A stretch of DNA of 64,000 bases. Origin: an uncultured Candidatus Saccharibacteria bacterium (GTDB lineage: Bacteria > Patescibacteriota > Minisyncoccia > Phycocordibacterales > UBA918). Each line of letters opens with the position of its first letter. Position 1 is the first letter of the stretch. The position numbers were made by a program, and so were the translations under genes. Below the pieces are notes generated by a model. That model did not search any database. It saw only the letters and a list, made by a program, of their open reading frames with translations, and was not told the origin of the DNA. Location: assembly GCA_964350735.1 (NCBI GenBank), contig CAYGKO010000001.1, positions 246,578 through 310,577 of the forward strand, in the 5' to 3' direction. Positions 9,688 to 18,605 of the stretch are shown one piece after another.

Positions 9688-9779
9688 AACTGTCTGGGGG
9701 ACAGTTTTAGAAGGTTGCCTACTATTTTGAAAAAATAGTGACAACCTGAACAGTTCCTGTAAGGAATAAGAAAAACTAT

Positions 9780-10280
9780 ATGATACAACAAACAAAGAAG
9801 GCATATTTGGCGGGAGGATGTTTCTGGGGACTCGAAGACCTAATCCGAAACCTCGATGGTGTGATTGATACTGAGGCTGGCTACACCGGTGGAGAGAATG
9901 ACAATCCGACGTATCGTAATCATCCAGGACATGCTGAGGCGGTAGAGATTGAATATGATCCGAAGCAGATTAGCTATCAGGAGCTGCTTGACTTCTTTTT
10001 CCAGGTTCATAATCCAACGACCTTGAATCAGCAGGGAAATGATCGAGGTACTGCCTACCGTTCAGCTATCTTTTTTGCTGATGAAACAGAAAAGGCGGTA
10101 GCTGAAGAAATGATCTCAGTTGTAAATGAGTCTGGTCGCTGGGAGGATGCAGTGGTGACAACTTTAGAACCACTAGATCGCTTCTGGGCCGCAGAGCTGG
10201 AGCACCAAGATTACTTAGTGAAAAATCCAGGTGGGTATACCTGTCACGCAATTTATTTTGATTCGTACCTCACAAAATAG
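9780..10280 (+). CDS. msrA: Peptide-methionine (S)-S-oxide reductase MsrA
   Basis: [47 protein letters not shown]. Confidence 0.97.
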   Translation: MIQQTKKAYLAGGCFWGLEDLIRNLDGVIDTEAGYTGGENDNPTYRNHPGHAEAVEIEYDPKQISYQELLDFFFQVHNPTTLNQQGNDRGTAYRSAIFFADETEKAVAEEMISVVNESGRWEDAVVTTLEPLDRFWAAELEHQDYLVKNPGGYTCHAIYFDSYLTK

Positions 10281-10385
10281 TTGCGTGAAGGTATACATCA
10301 CGTACTGGGACGGTATACCTTGTCAGTATTTTTTATCCTTCAAAATACTAGGCAAGGTCTTGCGAAAGTGTTTAAACACTTTCTC

Positions 10386-10424
10386 ACCTGTCATGCAATT
10401 TATTTTGATAGCTATTTAAAGTAG
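10386..10424 (+). pseudogene. msrA: 3' remnant of a second, diverged msrA ([12 protein letters not shown])
   Basis: 12 codons matching the MsrA C-terminus ([13 protein letters not shown]) with synonymous changes cac/cat, tcg/agc, tac/tat, ctc/tta. Confidence 0.85.
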
Positions 10425-10512
10425 GCAAAGGATAAAAAACAAACAAACGACGCTAAAAGCGTCGTTTGTTTGTTTGCGTCTTTGGCTACACTCCGGTATG
10501 CTCTGTCTCACT

Positions 10513-11997
10513 ATGTCACGAGCCCAAGGACTTATCTCGTTCAATCAAGTTTCGTTTGAACACGACGCCACTAAACCAATTTTAATTGAGTCTTCTTTTT
10601 CCGTACGTCGTGGAGCGAAGTTTACGCTCATGGGACAAAATGGAGCTGGAAAAAGTACTTTGTTTGGCCTGATCACCGGTGCGCATCAACCCGATGAGGG
10701 GGATGTAAACATCATGCCGCGCACTAGTATTGCCGTTTCTCGACAAGTCATTCCTCGAGCTGAGCTTGAGCTTACCCTGCGGGCGTTTTTTGAGAAGTGC
10801 TTTAACGAAAAAGTATACGATATCGATCCCAAGATTGATGCTATTCTCGAGGTGGTAAATCTAGCACCAAAAAATCCAGATATGGTAGCTAGTTTTAAAG
10901 AACGAATAGTCGGTAGCTTTTCCGGTGGGCAACAGGCTCGATTGCTACTAGCGTCCGCTTTGATTCAAAACCCGGATGTATTGCTGCTGGATGAACCAAC
11001 AAACAACCTCGATGTCGAAGGTATTGAGCACTTAACTCAATTTTTGCGTGAGTACCGTAAGACAGTAATCGTGATTTCACATGATGCAGATTTCTTAAAT
11101 GCATTTACCCATGGCGTCTTGTATCTAAATGTGCAAAATCGTCAAATTGAATTATACGAAGGAAACTATCACGACGTACTAAAAGATATTGCTGCTCAAG
11201 TAGAAAAAGAGAAGCGACAAAATGCTCGTCTTGAAAAAGAGATTCAAGCCAACAAAGATAAAGCAAACTTTTTTGCTAACAAAGGAGGAGGAATGCGTTT
11301 GGTAGCTAAACGGATGCGAGAAAAGGTGGAAGACGATGAGGAAAATAAAGTGGAGGTGCGAAAAGAAGATCGCACGATTCGCGACTTCACTATCCCAGTG
11401 CAGGCAGATATTCCGACTGAAGTACTAAAGCTTACTTCGTATCAAGTGATTAAAAACCATAGTCCAAAGCAGGTGCCTTGTGATATTACCCTGAAGAGAG
11501 GACAGCATCTTCAGATTGTTGGTCCTAACGGGATCGGGAAAACAACGCTCTTAGAGTCACTGGCTTCTGGTCATGCGACGGGAGAGCAAATCTCTCCAGG
11601 AGTAACGATCGGGTATTACCGACAAGATTTTTCAAACTTGGATTTTGATCAAACCGTATTTGATTGCTTGATGGATGTGATGGACAAGAAAATTGAAGAA
11701 GATATGCGTAGTGTGGCAGCCGGATTTTTAATAAACCGCGATATTATTAAGACTAGAATCGGACTTTTGTCGGAGGGACAAAAGGGTCTAGTGGCCTTTG
11801 CCCGCCTAGTTCTACTAAAACCAGGGCTGTTAATTCTTGACGAACCTACTAACCATATTAACTTCCGACATATTCCAGTGATTGCAAAAGCGCTTGATCA
11901 GTATGCTGGAGCCATGATGTTGGTTTCCCACGTTCCGGACTTTGTGGGACAAATTCGCATTGATGATAGGTTAGACTTAGATAAGAAAGCTAAATAA
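10513..11997 (+). CDS. ABC-F family ATP-binding protein
   Basis: Two NBDs (GQNGAGKST/FSGGQ/LLLDEPTNNLD; GPNGIGKTT/LSEGQ/LILDEPTNH), helical linker, no TM segments. Confidence 0.93.
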   Translation: MSRAQGLISFNQVSFEHDATKPILIESSFSVRRGAKFTLMGQNGAGKSTLFGLITGAHQPDEGDVNIMPRTSIAVSRQVIPRAELELTLRAFFEKCFNEKVYDIDPKIDAILEVVNLAPKNPDMVASFKERIVGSFSGGQQARLLLASALIQNPDVLLLDEPTNNLDVEGIEHLTQFLREYRKTVIVISHDADFLNAFTHGVLYLNVQNRQIELYEGNYHDVLKDIAAQVEKEKRQNARLEKEIQANKDKANFFANKGGGMRLVAKRMREKVEDDEENKVEVRKEDRTIRDFTIPVQADIPTEVLKLTSYQVIKNHSPKQVPCDITLKRGQHLQIVGPNGIGKTTLLESLASGHATGEQISPGVTIGYYRQDFSNLDFDQTVFDCLMDVMDKKIEEDMRSVAAGFLINRDIIKTRIGLLSEGQKGLVAFARLVLLKPGLLILDEPTNHINFRHIPVIAKALDQYAGAMMLVSHVPDFVGQIRIDDRLDLDKKAK

Positions 11998-12009
11998 TAA
12001 ATTGTATAT

Positions 12010-12078
12010 ATGGCAAAAGGACAAGATCGAAAAAAAGAAGTGAAGAAACCAAAAAAAGAGAAACCAAAAGTAGACTAA
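12010..12078 (+). CDS. Putative 22-aa lysine-rich small protein (MAKGQDRKKEVKKPKKEKPKVD)
   Basis: ORF fills the gap between the ABC-F stop and the terminator. Confidence 0.55.
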   Translation: MAKGQDRKKEVKKPKKEKPKVD

Positions 12079-12080
12079 CA

Positions 12081-12117
12081 AACAAACCGGCCGGCGCTAT
12101 GCGCCAGCCGGTTTGTT
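12081..12117 (+). terminator. Intrinsic terminator
   Basis: AACAAACCGGCCGGCGC-TAT-GCGCCAGCCGGTTTGTT. Confidence 0.7.
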
Positions 12118-12129
12118 ACTTGAGTTCTG

Positions 12130-12150
12130 ATCATGTGTAGAGTACACTAA
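12130..12150. promoter_or_regulatory. NrtR operator (autoregulatory)
   Basis: ATCATGT-N7-ACACTAA, fits the GT-N7-AC NrtR box; 4 nt before the nrtR ATG. Confidence 0.6.
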
Positions 12151-12154
12151 GCGA

Positions 12155-12826
12155 ATGAATAAAGCTCCACTTAAAAATCGATTTGCCGCCTTGGCGGCGG
12201 ATGTAGTAGTTTTTGGCTTGGTTGATAAAAAACTCCATGTGCTGATTGATGATATTAATCGACCACCGCATTACTGCAATAAGCTTGGATTTTTAGGCGG
12301 ATTAGTTGAACCATCTGAAACAGCAGAGGATACAGTTGAGCGAATTTTATTTGAGAAAGCTGGTTTAAAAAATATGTATACGGAGCAGCTATATACTTTT
12401 AGCAAGGTAGCTCGAGATTTAAGAAACCGGGTTGTCGCAGTAGCGTACATTGGATTTATGACCCCTGATCAGGTTTTGTCGTACACACATGAGTCGGCCC
12501 GATTTGTGCCAGTGACTTCGCTAAAAAATTTAGCGTATGATCACGACGAGATGTTGAAAGTAGCCATCAAGCGCCTGACAGGAAAGCTGGCGTACACAAC
12601 TATCGCGCAGTATTTATTGCCAAATCACTTTACGCTAAGTGAATTACAGAATGTGTACGAAGTGCTGTTGAAAAAAGAGATCGATAAGCGAAACTTCCGT
12701 AAAAAGATTTTAGCCTTACAGGTCATTGAAGAGACTGGGGCAATGCAAGAAGGGATGCAGAATAGACCAGCCGCTCTATATCGGTTTAAGAACAGTAGGT
12801 TACAACAATTATCTGCAGTACTGTAG
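12155..12826 (+). CDS. nrtR: NrtR family transcriptional regulator (Nudix plus wHTH)
   Basis: EQLYTFS...RD.R.RVVAVAY, LAYDH, FTLSELQ.VYE.LL...DKRNFRKKI, RPAALYRF. Confidence 0.92.
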   Translation: MNKAPLKNRFAALAADVVVFGLVDKKLHVLIDDINRPPHYCNKLGFLGGLVEPSETAEDTVERILFEKAGLKNMYTEQLYTFSKVARDLRNRVVAVAYIGFMTPDQVLSYTHESARFVPVTSLKNLAYDHDEMLKVAIKRLTGKLAYTTIAQYLLPNHFTLSELQNVYEVLLKKEIDKRNFRKKILALQVIEETGAMQEGMQNRPAALYRFKNSRLQQLSAVL

Positions 12827-12849
12827 CAAAACCCTTTTTGTATGTTTAC

Positions 12850-12870
12850 TTATTGTGTATATAACACTAA
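12850..12870. promoter_or_regulatory. Orphan NrtR-like operator downstream of nrtR
   Basis: TTATTGT-N7-ACACTAA. Confidence 0.55.
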
Positions 12871-12917
12871 TAAAAAAGGCGACAAGATTTCTCTTGTCGC
12901 CTGAGTTGATTGGTTCC

Positions 12918-14321
12918 TTACACTTGTGCACGCTTACGCACATCAGCGAAGGTGACATCCTCAAGGAGTACGCCATCTCGATAGACCGTCTGCAACAGAT
13001 TGCGCTTTGGATCTAACAGTTCAGCTTCGGCAACAGTACTCTGCGAGCAGCCGCCGATACCACATGAGTCGATGAGGGCTAGGCGTCCGGCTTTGGAGAC
13101 TTTGCCCTGGTCGGTGATCGGATCTTTTTTGATTGCGATCCTCCGGCCATCTTCAACCACTTCGTTCGCCTTCATGGCGTACTTGTGGTCGTCACGACCG
13201 ACGCCCTGCAATAGAGCGCCACCCATGCCCCACACGAGGTTGTTAACATCGAGGCCACGATCAATCATGGCCGCGATGGTGGTCTGCAGACGAGCTTTGT
13301 CCGTCTGGTCGCCTTGAATGACGCCGACTTGTTTGGGTAGCGTGCGATAGCCTTTCTGGGTTTCGCCGTGTCCAAACTTGTCCATCACCATTTCGATGGT
13401 CTCGATCGGCATTTTGGTCGGGTCGCCCGAGTCAGGACGAATAACCAATTTGCCTTGAAGGGCAAGCACGTCATCTTTCAGCTGATCGCCGATCACGTTC
13501 TTGACGAATGAGAAGATGTCATAACTGTCGCCGACGATCGAGAAGAGCGCATCAGGTGCGTCGAACTCCCTAATCATGTGACGCACGTAGTCGACTTCAC
13601 GGTCTGGTCCCCAGGTCGTCGCAATTGAGTGCTCCGACGCAGGAACCGAGAATCCGGCGCAGTCTTCATGGTAGAACCGACGAGCACCAACAAGCGCCTC
13701 GACGTTGTCTGTGCCCATAAAGTTGACCAAATGTCCCATGCCGCCAAGCATGGCCGACTCGCCCGAAGACGCGCCCCGGCCGCCGAAATCATGCAACTTG
13801 AACCAAATTGCTTCTTCTGGTTCGTCTGCGGTGATCTGAAGACCGGCCATGATGACTTTCTTCGCCTCGCGGGAAAGCGTGGCGACGGTCGATGGGTACC
13901 AGATAGCGCGCAGCATTTGGGTTTCTACCCACGTGGCGAACCACGCGAGCTGCGGGTCGGTGCTGCGAACTTGGACTTGCACATTCCCCGGGAGGATCAG
14001 GCTGCCTTCCGGCGCTGCCTGAATTTCCAAGGGAGCCCGTCCACCGTACTGATCGACGATGTAGCGGAAGCCCGCTTCATTGAAGAAGCCAGGCCGCACG
14101 TGAGCGTCCATAATGGACTTCGCCTCATCAACCATCTCGTGCGTATAAGGACGCATAAGATAGGACTTGATGTAGGCCTGAAGGCCGAAGTTCACGACTT
14201 CAGCAGTCAAACCACCACGCGGTTCGATGTAGCCGGACTTTTCAGTCACGCCAGCTGGATCCATTTTCCAATGGCCGAACTTGTAGGTGTCGGCCGAGGC
14301 CAGTGGGTTGAGAGGAAACAT
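12918..14321 (-). CDS. nadV: Nicotinamide phosphoribosyltransferase
   Basis: DTYKFGH, FGLQ, WYPSTVAT, LHDFGGRG, HLVNFMGTD, SVPASEHS, RPDSGDP, KDPITD.GK.SK.GRL; SD AAAGGAG before ATG 14321. Confidence 0.95.
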   Translation of the reverse strand: MFPLNPLASADTYKFGHWKMDPAGVTEKSGYIEPRGGLTAEVVNFGLQAYIKSYLMRPYTHEMVDEAKSIMDAHVRPGFFNEAGFRYIVDQYGGRAPLEIQAAPEGSLILPGNVQVQVRSTDPQLAWFATWVETQMLRAIWYPSTVATLSREAKKVIMAGLQITADEPEEAIWFKLHDFGGRGASSGESAMLGGMGHLVNFMGTDNVEALVGARRFYHEDCAGFSVPASEHSIATTWGPDREVDYVRHMIREFDAPDALFSIVGDSYDIFSFVKNVIGDQLKDDVLALQGKLVIRPDSGDPTKMPIETIEMVMDKFGHGETQKGYRTLPKQVGVIQGDQTDKARLQTTIAAMIDRGLDVNNLVWGMGGALLQGVGRDDHKYAMKANEVVEDGRRIAIKKDPITDQGKVSKAGRLALIDSCGIGGCSQSTVAEAELLDPKRNLLQTVYRDGVLLEDVTFADVRKRAQV

Positions 14322-14340
14322 GAGTTTCTCCTTTCTCAGT

Positions 14341-15237
14341 TTAAGATTGGTTGAGATGATCGAGCAATGCAGCCCCGAGTATCTGATGGGCATCGATAAG
14401 GTTGTCTATCAGGTCTTCGATGCGGAAGCATTTGACCGCGCTGATGTCGTCATTTGCGGTCGGTGCTTTCCAGCTGTTGGTGACGAGAAAGAAGTCGGTG
14501 CGAGTGCCATCTGCTTCGTCGCGGTAACGCATATCGTCGATTTTGAAATCGCCGATATGGACTGGGTTGCTTAGATTAAGCTCACCAAACTCTTCTTTGG
14601 TTTCCCGCAGCGCAGCAGCTTTTCGGGTCTCATCGCTTGGGTCAACAAACCCGCCGACGAAACGCCATTTGCCACAGTCTTCAGGTTTTTGACCGAGCCA
14701 GATAAATTCTCTGGCTCCATCCATCACCGCCACATCGACGGTAGACAGATCGACCGGATAGCGGCGGGTCGCGTGAGCGATCCAGCCCCGACGGTAGTCT
14801 GCGTTAGTGGTTTCGACTCCTTCGACTTTGATCCGATGCCGGATCTCAGTTCCTGAAGGAGCAGCGACCGGGTCAATTTCTTTGACCGGAAACGCGCCGC
14901 TGTAGTAGGGAGCGAATCCATCGCGTGAGCAGTAGAGGGTGACCTCGGCATCATGCGCGATCTCGTTCACCGTGCGATCAAGCTCGGCGCTCCAGCGTTC
15001 GTTGCTCGGCGTATCTTTGAGTGTCCCGACCAATATGGAAGGGAAGTGCTCATGGACCATCTGAGCGCGAAGGGGTGCTGGTAGCGGGTGCTTGGCACCG
15101 GGCACTTTGTCGCGTTCGCCGAGTAGTACGAGCACTGCATCATTTTCTGCTGTGACCGACTCGATGAGGTGGATATGGCCAGCGTGCAGGATGTCGACCT
15201 GCATGCGAGCGACGATAACACCAAGTGACTGTTTCAT
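14341..15237 (-). CDS. nadM: Bifunctional NMN adenylyltransferase / Nudix hydrolase (NadM-Nudix)
   Basis: ARMQ...HAGH (HxGH), SGTEIR, Nudix box GGFVDPSDE....AALRETKEEFG, A.DD. Confidence 0.9.
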   Translation of the reverse strand: MKQSLGVIVARMQVDILHAGHIHLIESVTAENDAVLVLLGERDKVPGAKHPLPAPLRAQMVHEHFPSILVGTLKDTPSNERWSAELDRTVNEIAHDAEVTLYCSRDGFAPYYSGAFPVKEIDPVAAPSGTEIRHRIKVEGVETTNADYRRGWIAHATRRYPVDLSTVDVAVMDGAREFIWLGQKPEDCGKWRFVGGFVDPSDETRKAAALRETKEEFGELNLSNPVHIGDFKIDDMRYRDEADGTRTDFFLVTNSWKAPTANDDISAVKCFRIEDLIDNLIDAHQILGAALLDHLNQS

Positions 15238-15342
15238 TGTGTAACTCCTATGAGGTTGTCGAAGAACGTAACTCAGGCTTCTGTACTGCTGGAGCGCTCC
15301 CGGCGTTAACCCAGAATGCGCCAGCAGAACAGAAGGTGATTG

Positions 15343-15363
15343 TTAATGTATTAACTACACTAA
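15343..15363. promoter_or_regulatory. NrtR operator upstream of nadM-nadV
   Basis: TTAATGT-N7-ACACTAA. Confidence 0.7.
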
Positions 15364-15430
15364 CTAAGAACAATGGTTTGCCGCGCCTGTGCGCAGCTCT
15401 ATCTAATTTCTATACTAGCAGATAGTAATA

Positions 15431-15451
15431 TTAGTGTCAATACTACACTAA
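15431..15451. promoter_or_regulatory. NrtR operator, perfect arms
   Basis: TTAGTGT-CAATACT-ACACTAA. Confidence 0.75.
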
Positions 15452-15509
15452 GATGCCTGGGGATAGAGAAAATAATTTGTTTAAGGTTTTGATTGTTATA
15501 CTAAAAGTA

Positions 15510-16307
15510 ATGGTAAAGATCGGAGACCTAAATATTAAATATAGCCATTTCAATAATGGAATTTACTATTATAGTGTGCATATTGATGTGAATGGTGTGA
15601 AAAGGCAGATTGTCTTACCCAGGTACCATCAAATGGTGGGCTGGATTGAAGTGTTCGGTTTACCCCCACAGTTTGAATGGGTGATTTTGGAAACGATTGG
15701 TGATTTTGATAAAGAGGCCGTACTTACTATTGATGGAGAAGAATTTAGAGAATCTGTTTCATACCGTGCTAATGAAAGTGAAAAGCAGCACGAATTTACC
15801 GTTACTCGTGAGGGTGTTTTTTCTGAACAAGTACACTGTGTTGAATCGTATCGACAGGCTCCACAGCTGGTCAGTCTTAAAACAAATTTTGAGCATCAGG
15901 AGGGTGCGTATGTGTGTGATTACAAAAAGTCACTCATTGATATAGAAGATGTCTTAGATACAGAGCAAAATTTTGTAGATATGATTCTAATCGAAAACAA
16001 AATTCCTGATCATGTTTGGAGGAAACATTTTACTGCTTTTGGAAAAATTCCACCGGTGTATTATCATTTTTTTCCGCTGATATCCGGCTTAGATGTGTCA
16101 CAGTGTTCTGGTTCAGTATTAGAGCTTGGGTATCAGGCTGGTGAGGAAGGGGTAGATGCAGTACATGGAGATTGGCACAAATTATTGCGTATAAATGATC
16201 AGTCTTTTTACATTAAAGAAACTGGATATTCCTCGAGGGAAGTAACAACTCCTAATGGTACTGAGAGAATTAAAGACACCTATCGCAAAGAATTGTTTAA
16301 GCTTTAA
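15510..16307 (+). CDS. Hypothetical protein
   Basis: Long AT-rich ORF (track start 15453; ATG 15510 follows TGTTATACT), followed by a terminator. Confidence 0.7.
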   Translation: MVKIGDLNIKYSHFNNGIYYYSVHIDVNGVKRQIVLPRYHQMVGWIEVFGLPPQFEWVILETIGDFDKEAVLTIDGEEFRESVSYRANESEKQHEFTVTREGVFSEQVHCVESYRQAPQLVSLKTNFEHQEGAYVCDYKKSLIDIEDVLDTEQNFVDMILIENKIPDHVWRKHFTAFGKIPPVYYHFFPLISGLDVSQCSGSVLELGYQAGEEGVDAVHGDWHKLLRINDQSFYIKETGYSSREVTTPNGTERIKDTYRKELFKL

Positions 16308-16346
16308 ACAAAAGGGCCGGGAGCTTTGCTCCCGGCCCTTTTGTTT
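16306..16346. terminator. Bidirectional intrinsic terminator
   Basis: AAACAAAAGGGCCGGGAGC-TTT-GCTCCCGGCCCTTTTGTTT. Confidence 0.85.
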
Positions 16347-16357
16347 CTGTAATTGGT

Positions 16358-18448
16358 TTATACCACTTCCTTCTTCCACTTCTTCAGTACTCGAGAGAGT
16401 ACAATCGAAGCGATGAAGATTCCAACCGACAACGCCAGGAATTTTGGATCAAAGGCGTCGAAGGAGAGCCCAGAAGTACGGAACTCTTCGAGATCGATCG
16501 CGGCTCCGAGGGCAACGAAAGTAGTAAGGCCAGGCATGATACCAATCAAGGTAGCAGTGAAGTATGACTTCCAGTCTACCTTGAGAATCCCTGAGCCGTA
16601 GTTAGTGAGATCAAACGGCACATAGAAGAGACGCATAAAGAGAACTGACTCAAACGGTCGCTTGCGCAGCGCCTCTACCCAGTTGCCAATGATTGAATCT
16701 TCGAGCTTAAGGTCTTTCCCGAAGAAGCGGCCAATCCAGTAGGCGAAGTTAGCTGAGGCGTTTTCACCCAGAACGGTATACAAGATACCCCACCAGAGTC
16801 CAAAGAGCGCACCCGAGAGCGCTGTCAGCAGTGTAGCCGGAAAGAAGATAAGTGGACGAATGGCGTATAAGACCATGTAGACCACCGGCCCCCACATACT
16901 CGTCGTAAAGAAGGTGAGGAGGGTGAGTAAGAACTCGATGTTGCTGAGACCGTTGTCAGTTTTGTAGTTTTGGAATGCAACCAAGAGACCAATCCAGAAG
17001 ATAGCGGCGATTAGTTTCGGTGCGTGCTTTTTGGCGGCAGTGCTGAGGTCTTGTTTTAGGTCAGCAAACTGTTGCGCGAAGAAATAGTCACCGGCTTTCT
17101 TAACGATCAAGCTGTAGGTCGGGTAGGCGTAAATGAGATTACGCAATTTCCACATCGAAATCTTATGGTCAATCGCCAGGGTGAAGACAGAAAGAATTTC
17201 TCCAGCGGCGGGGCCAATAATATTGGCTCCCAGTACTTGGCCATTGAGGCGACGTGCCACTACTACCAATCGTCCGTCGGTCACGTCATCAGTATGAGCT
17301 CGGTCGTTCGCTGAGAAGGGGACTTCGACTTTCATTACCCCGCTTTCCGAGTATTTTGCTACGGCTTCTTTGTATGACAAGCCCACTTGCGCGATCTCAG
17401 GGGTGGTGAAGGTGACTTTCGGAATGGCCTTGTTCTTCTTTACTCGGAAGATGCCTTTACTGACTACTCGAGTAACAATCTGCCGAGCAATGTCGTCAGC
17501 CATGTGGGTAAACTTGAATTTTTGGGTCACATCACCAACCGCGTATACATATTTGTTTGAAGTACGGTGTTGTTTGTCGACGCAGATGCACTGCGGGCAG
17601 TTTTCAATCCCAGCTGCTTCAAGGCCTTTGGGAAAATTTGGGACGCGACCAATAGCAATGAGCGTTTTGTCGTAGGCTACTCGGATGGTTTCGGTAGTGT
17701 CTCCATCACGTCCGTCTGGCTTGATGTTAAATAACGCTTGCTTGTTTTCAACATTCGAAATATGCGCGTTGAGTAAGATCTTAATGTCTAAGTCCTCAAA
17801 CTTCTTCTGAATGATGGGGGAGATAGTCTCGTCTTCAAGTTTGGCGAAACGATTACCAGTGTCAGCGATAGTGACTTGGCTACCAAGCATAGCGAAGGCT
17901 TGGGCCATTTCCATGCCGATTGGCCCACCGCCGATGATGAGCAGTTTTTCCGGCACGTCTGACAGTGCAAAGATATTTTGGTTGGTTAAAATATCATTGG
18001 CGTTCATACCCGGTACATCGATCATCCGTGGGCTCGAGCCAGTGGCGATGATAGCGTTTTTGTAGTGGTAGGTGTCGTCGCCAACGGTGATACTGCACTT
18101 TGATTTGAACACGGCATCACCCATCACCACATCGATCCCAATTTTTTCAAAGGTTTCTGGAGTTTCTTCTTCCAAAATCGCATCAATTTTCGCGCGTACA
18201 TATGAAAAAGCTTCTGAGCGGAAGGTTTCACCAGTAGTAGTTTCTCCCGCGATCGTCTTAGCAAGATGGTAATCCTTAGCGTGGTGCAAGAGGGCTTTAC
18301 TGGGGACACAGCCTGAGTTGGTGCATTCGCCACCCATGTGTTCTTTTTCAACCAGTAGTACTTTCTTACCGACTTTGGAGAAACCAACCGCAGCGGTGAG
18401 TCCGCCTGATCCGGCTCCGATTACAACAACGTCATATGATTTCTCCAT
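16358..18448 (-). CDS. Pyridine nucleotide-disulfide oxidoreductase (LpdA/MerA-like) fused to a C-terminal TVP38/DedA (VTT) membrane domain
   Basis: GAGSGG, GGECTNSGCVPSK, GGGPIG.E, YAVGD, YPT; then RPLIFFPATLLT..SGALFG, RLFYVPFDLTNY. Confidence 0.88.
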   Translation of the reverse strand: MEKSYDVVVIGAGSGGLTAAVGFSKVGKKVLLVEKEHMGGECTNSGCVPSKALLHHAKDYHLAKTIAGETTTGETFRSEAFSYVRAKIDAILEEETPETFEKIGIDVVMGDAVFKSKCSITVGDDTYHYKNAIIATGSSPRMIDVPGMNANDILTNQNIFALSDVPEKLLIIGGGPIGMEMAQAFAMLGSQVTIADTGNRFAKLEDETISPIIQKKFEDLDIKILLNAHISNVENKQALFNIKPDGRDGDTTETIRVAYDKTLIAIGRVPNFPKGLEAAGIENCPQCICVDKQHRTSNKYVYAVGDVTQKFKFTHMADDIARQIVTRVVSKGIFRVKKNKAIPKVTFTTPEIAQVGLSYKEAVAKYSESGVMKVEVPFSANDRAHTDDVTDGRLVVVARRLNGQVLGANIIGPAAGEILSVFTLAIDHKISMWKLRNLIYAYPTYSLIVKKAGDYFFAQQFADLKQDLSTAAKKHAPKLIAAIFWIGLLVAFQNYKTDNGLSNIEFLLTLLTFFTTSMWGPVVYMVLYAIRPLIFFPATLLTALSGALFGLWWGILYTVLGENASANFAYWIGRFFGKDLKLEDSIIGNWVEALRKRPFESVLFMRLFYVPFDLTNYGSGILKVDWKSYFTATLIGIMPGLTTFVALGAAIDLEEFRTSGLSFDAFDPKFLALSVGIFIASIVLSRVLKKWKKEVV

Positions 18449-18605
18449 AAATAAAAGTAATTAGTAGTAAGCGCCTATTGATACGACCATACTAGCGTAT
18501 TATTTCACTTTTGGGCACAAGAAAACGCGTGGGGTGGAGGCACGGTTTTCCGTGTTCCACCTGCACGCGGTGAGCGCCATCGGCAGGAAGCTGCTGGCTG
18601 ACGAT

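Noticed and set aside
13629-14354. 241-aa plus-strand ORF, and likewise 59101-59790
   Set aside because: Antisense shadows of the GC-rich nadV and purM-like genes.
16358-18448. Mercuric reductase MerA
   Set aside because: No C-terminal Cys-Cys pair, no HMA domain and no mer genes nearby.
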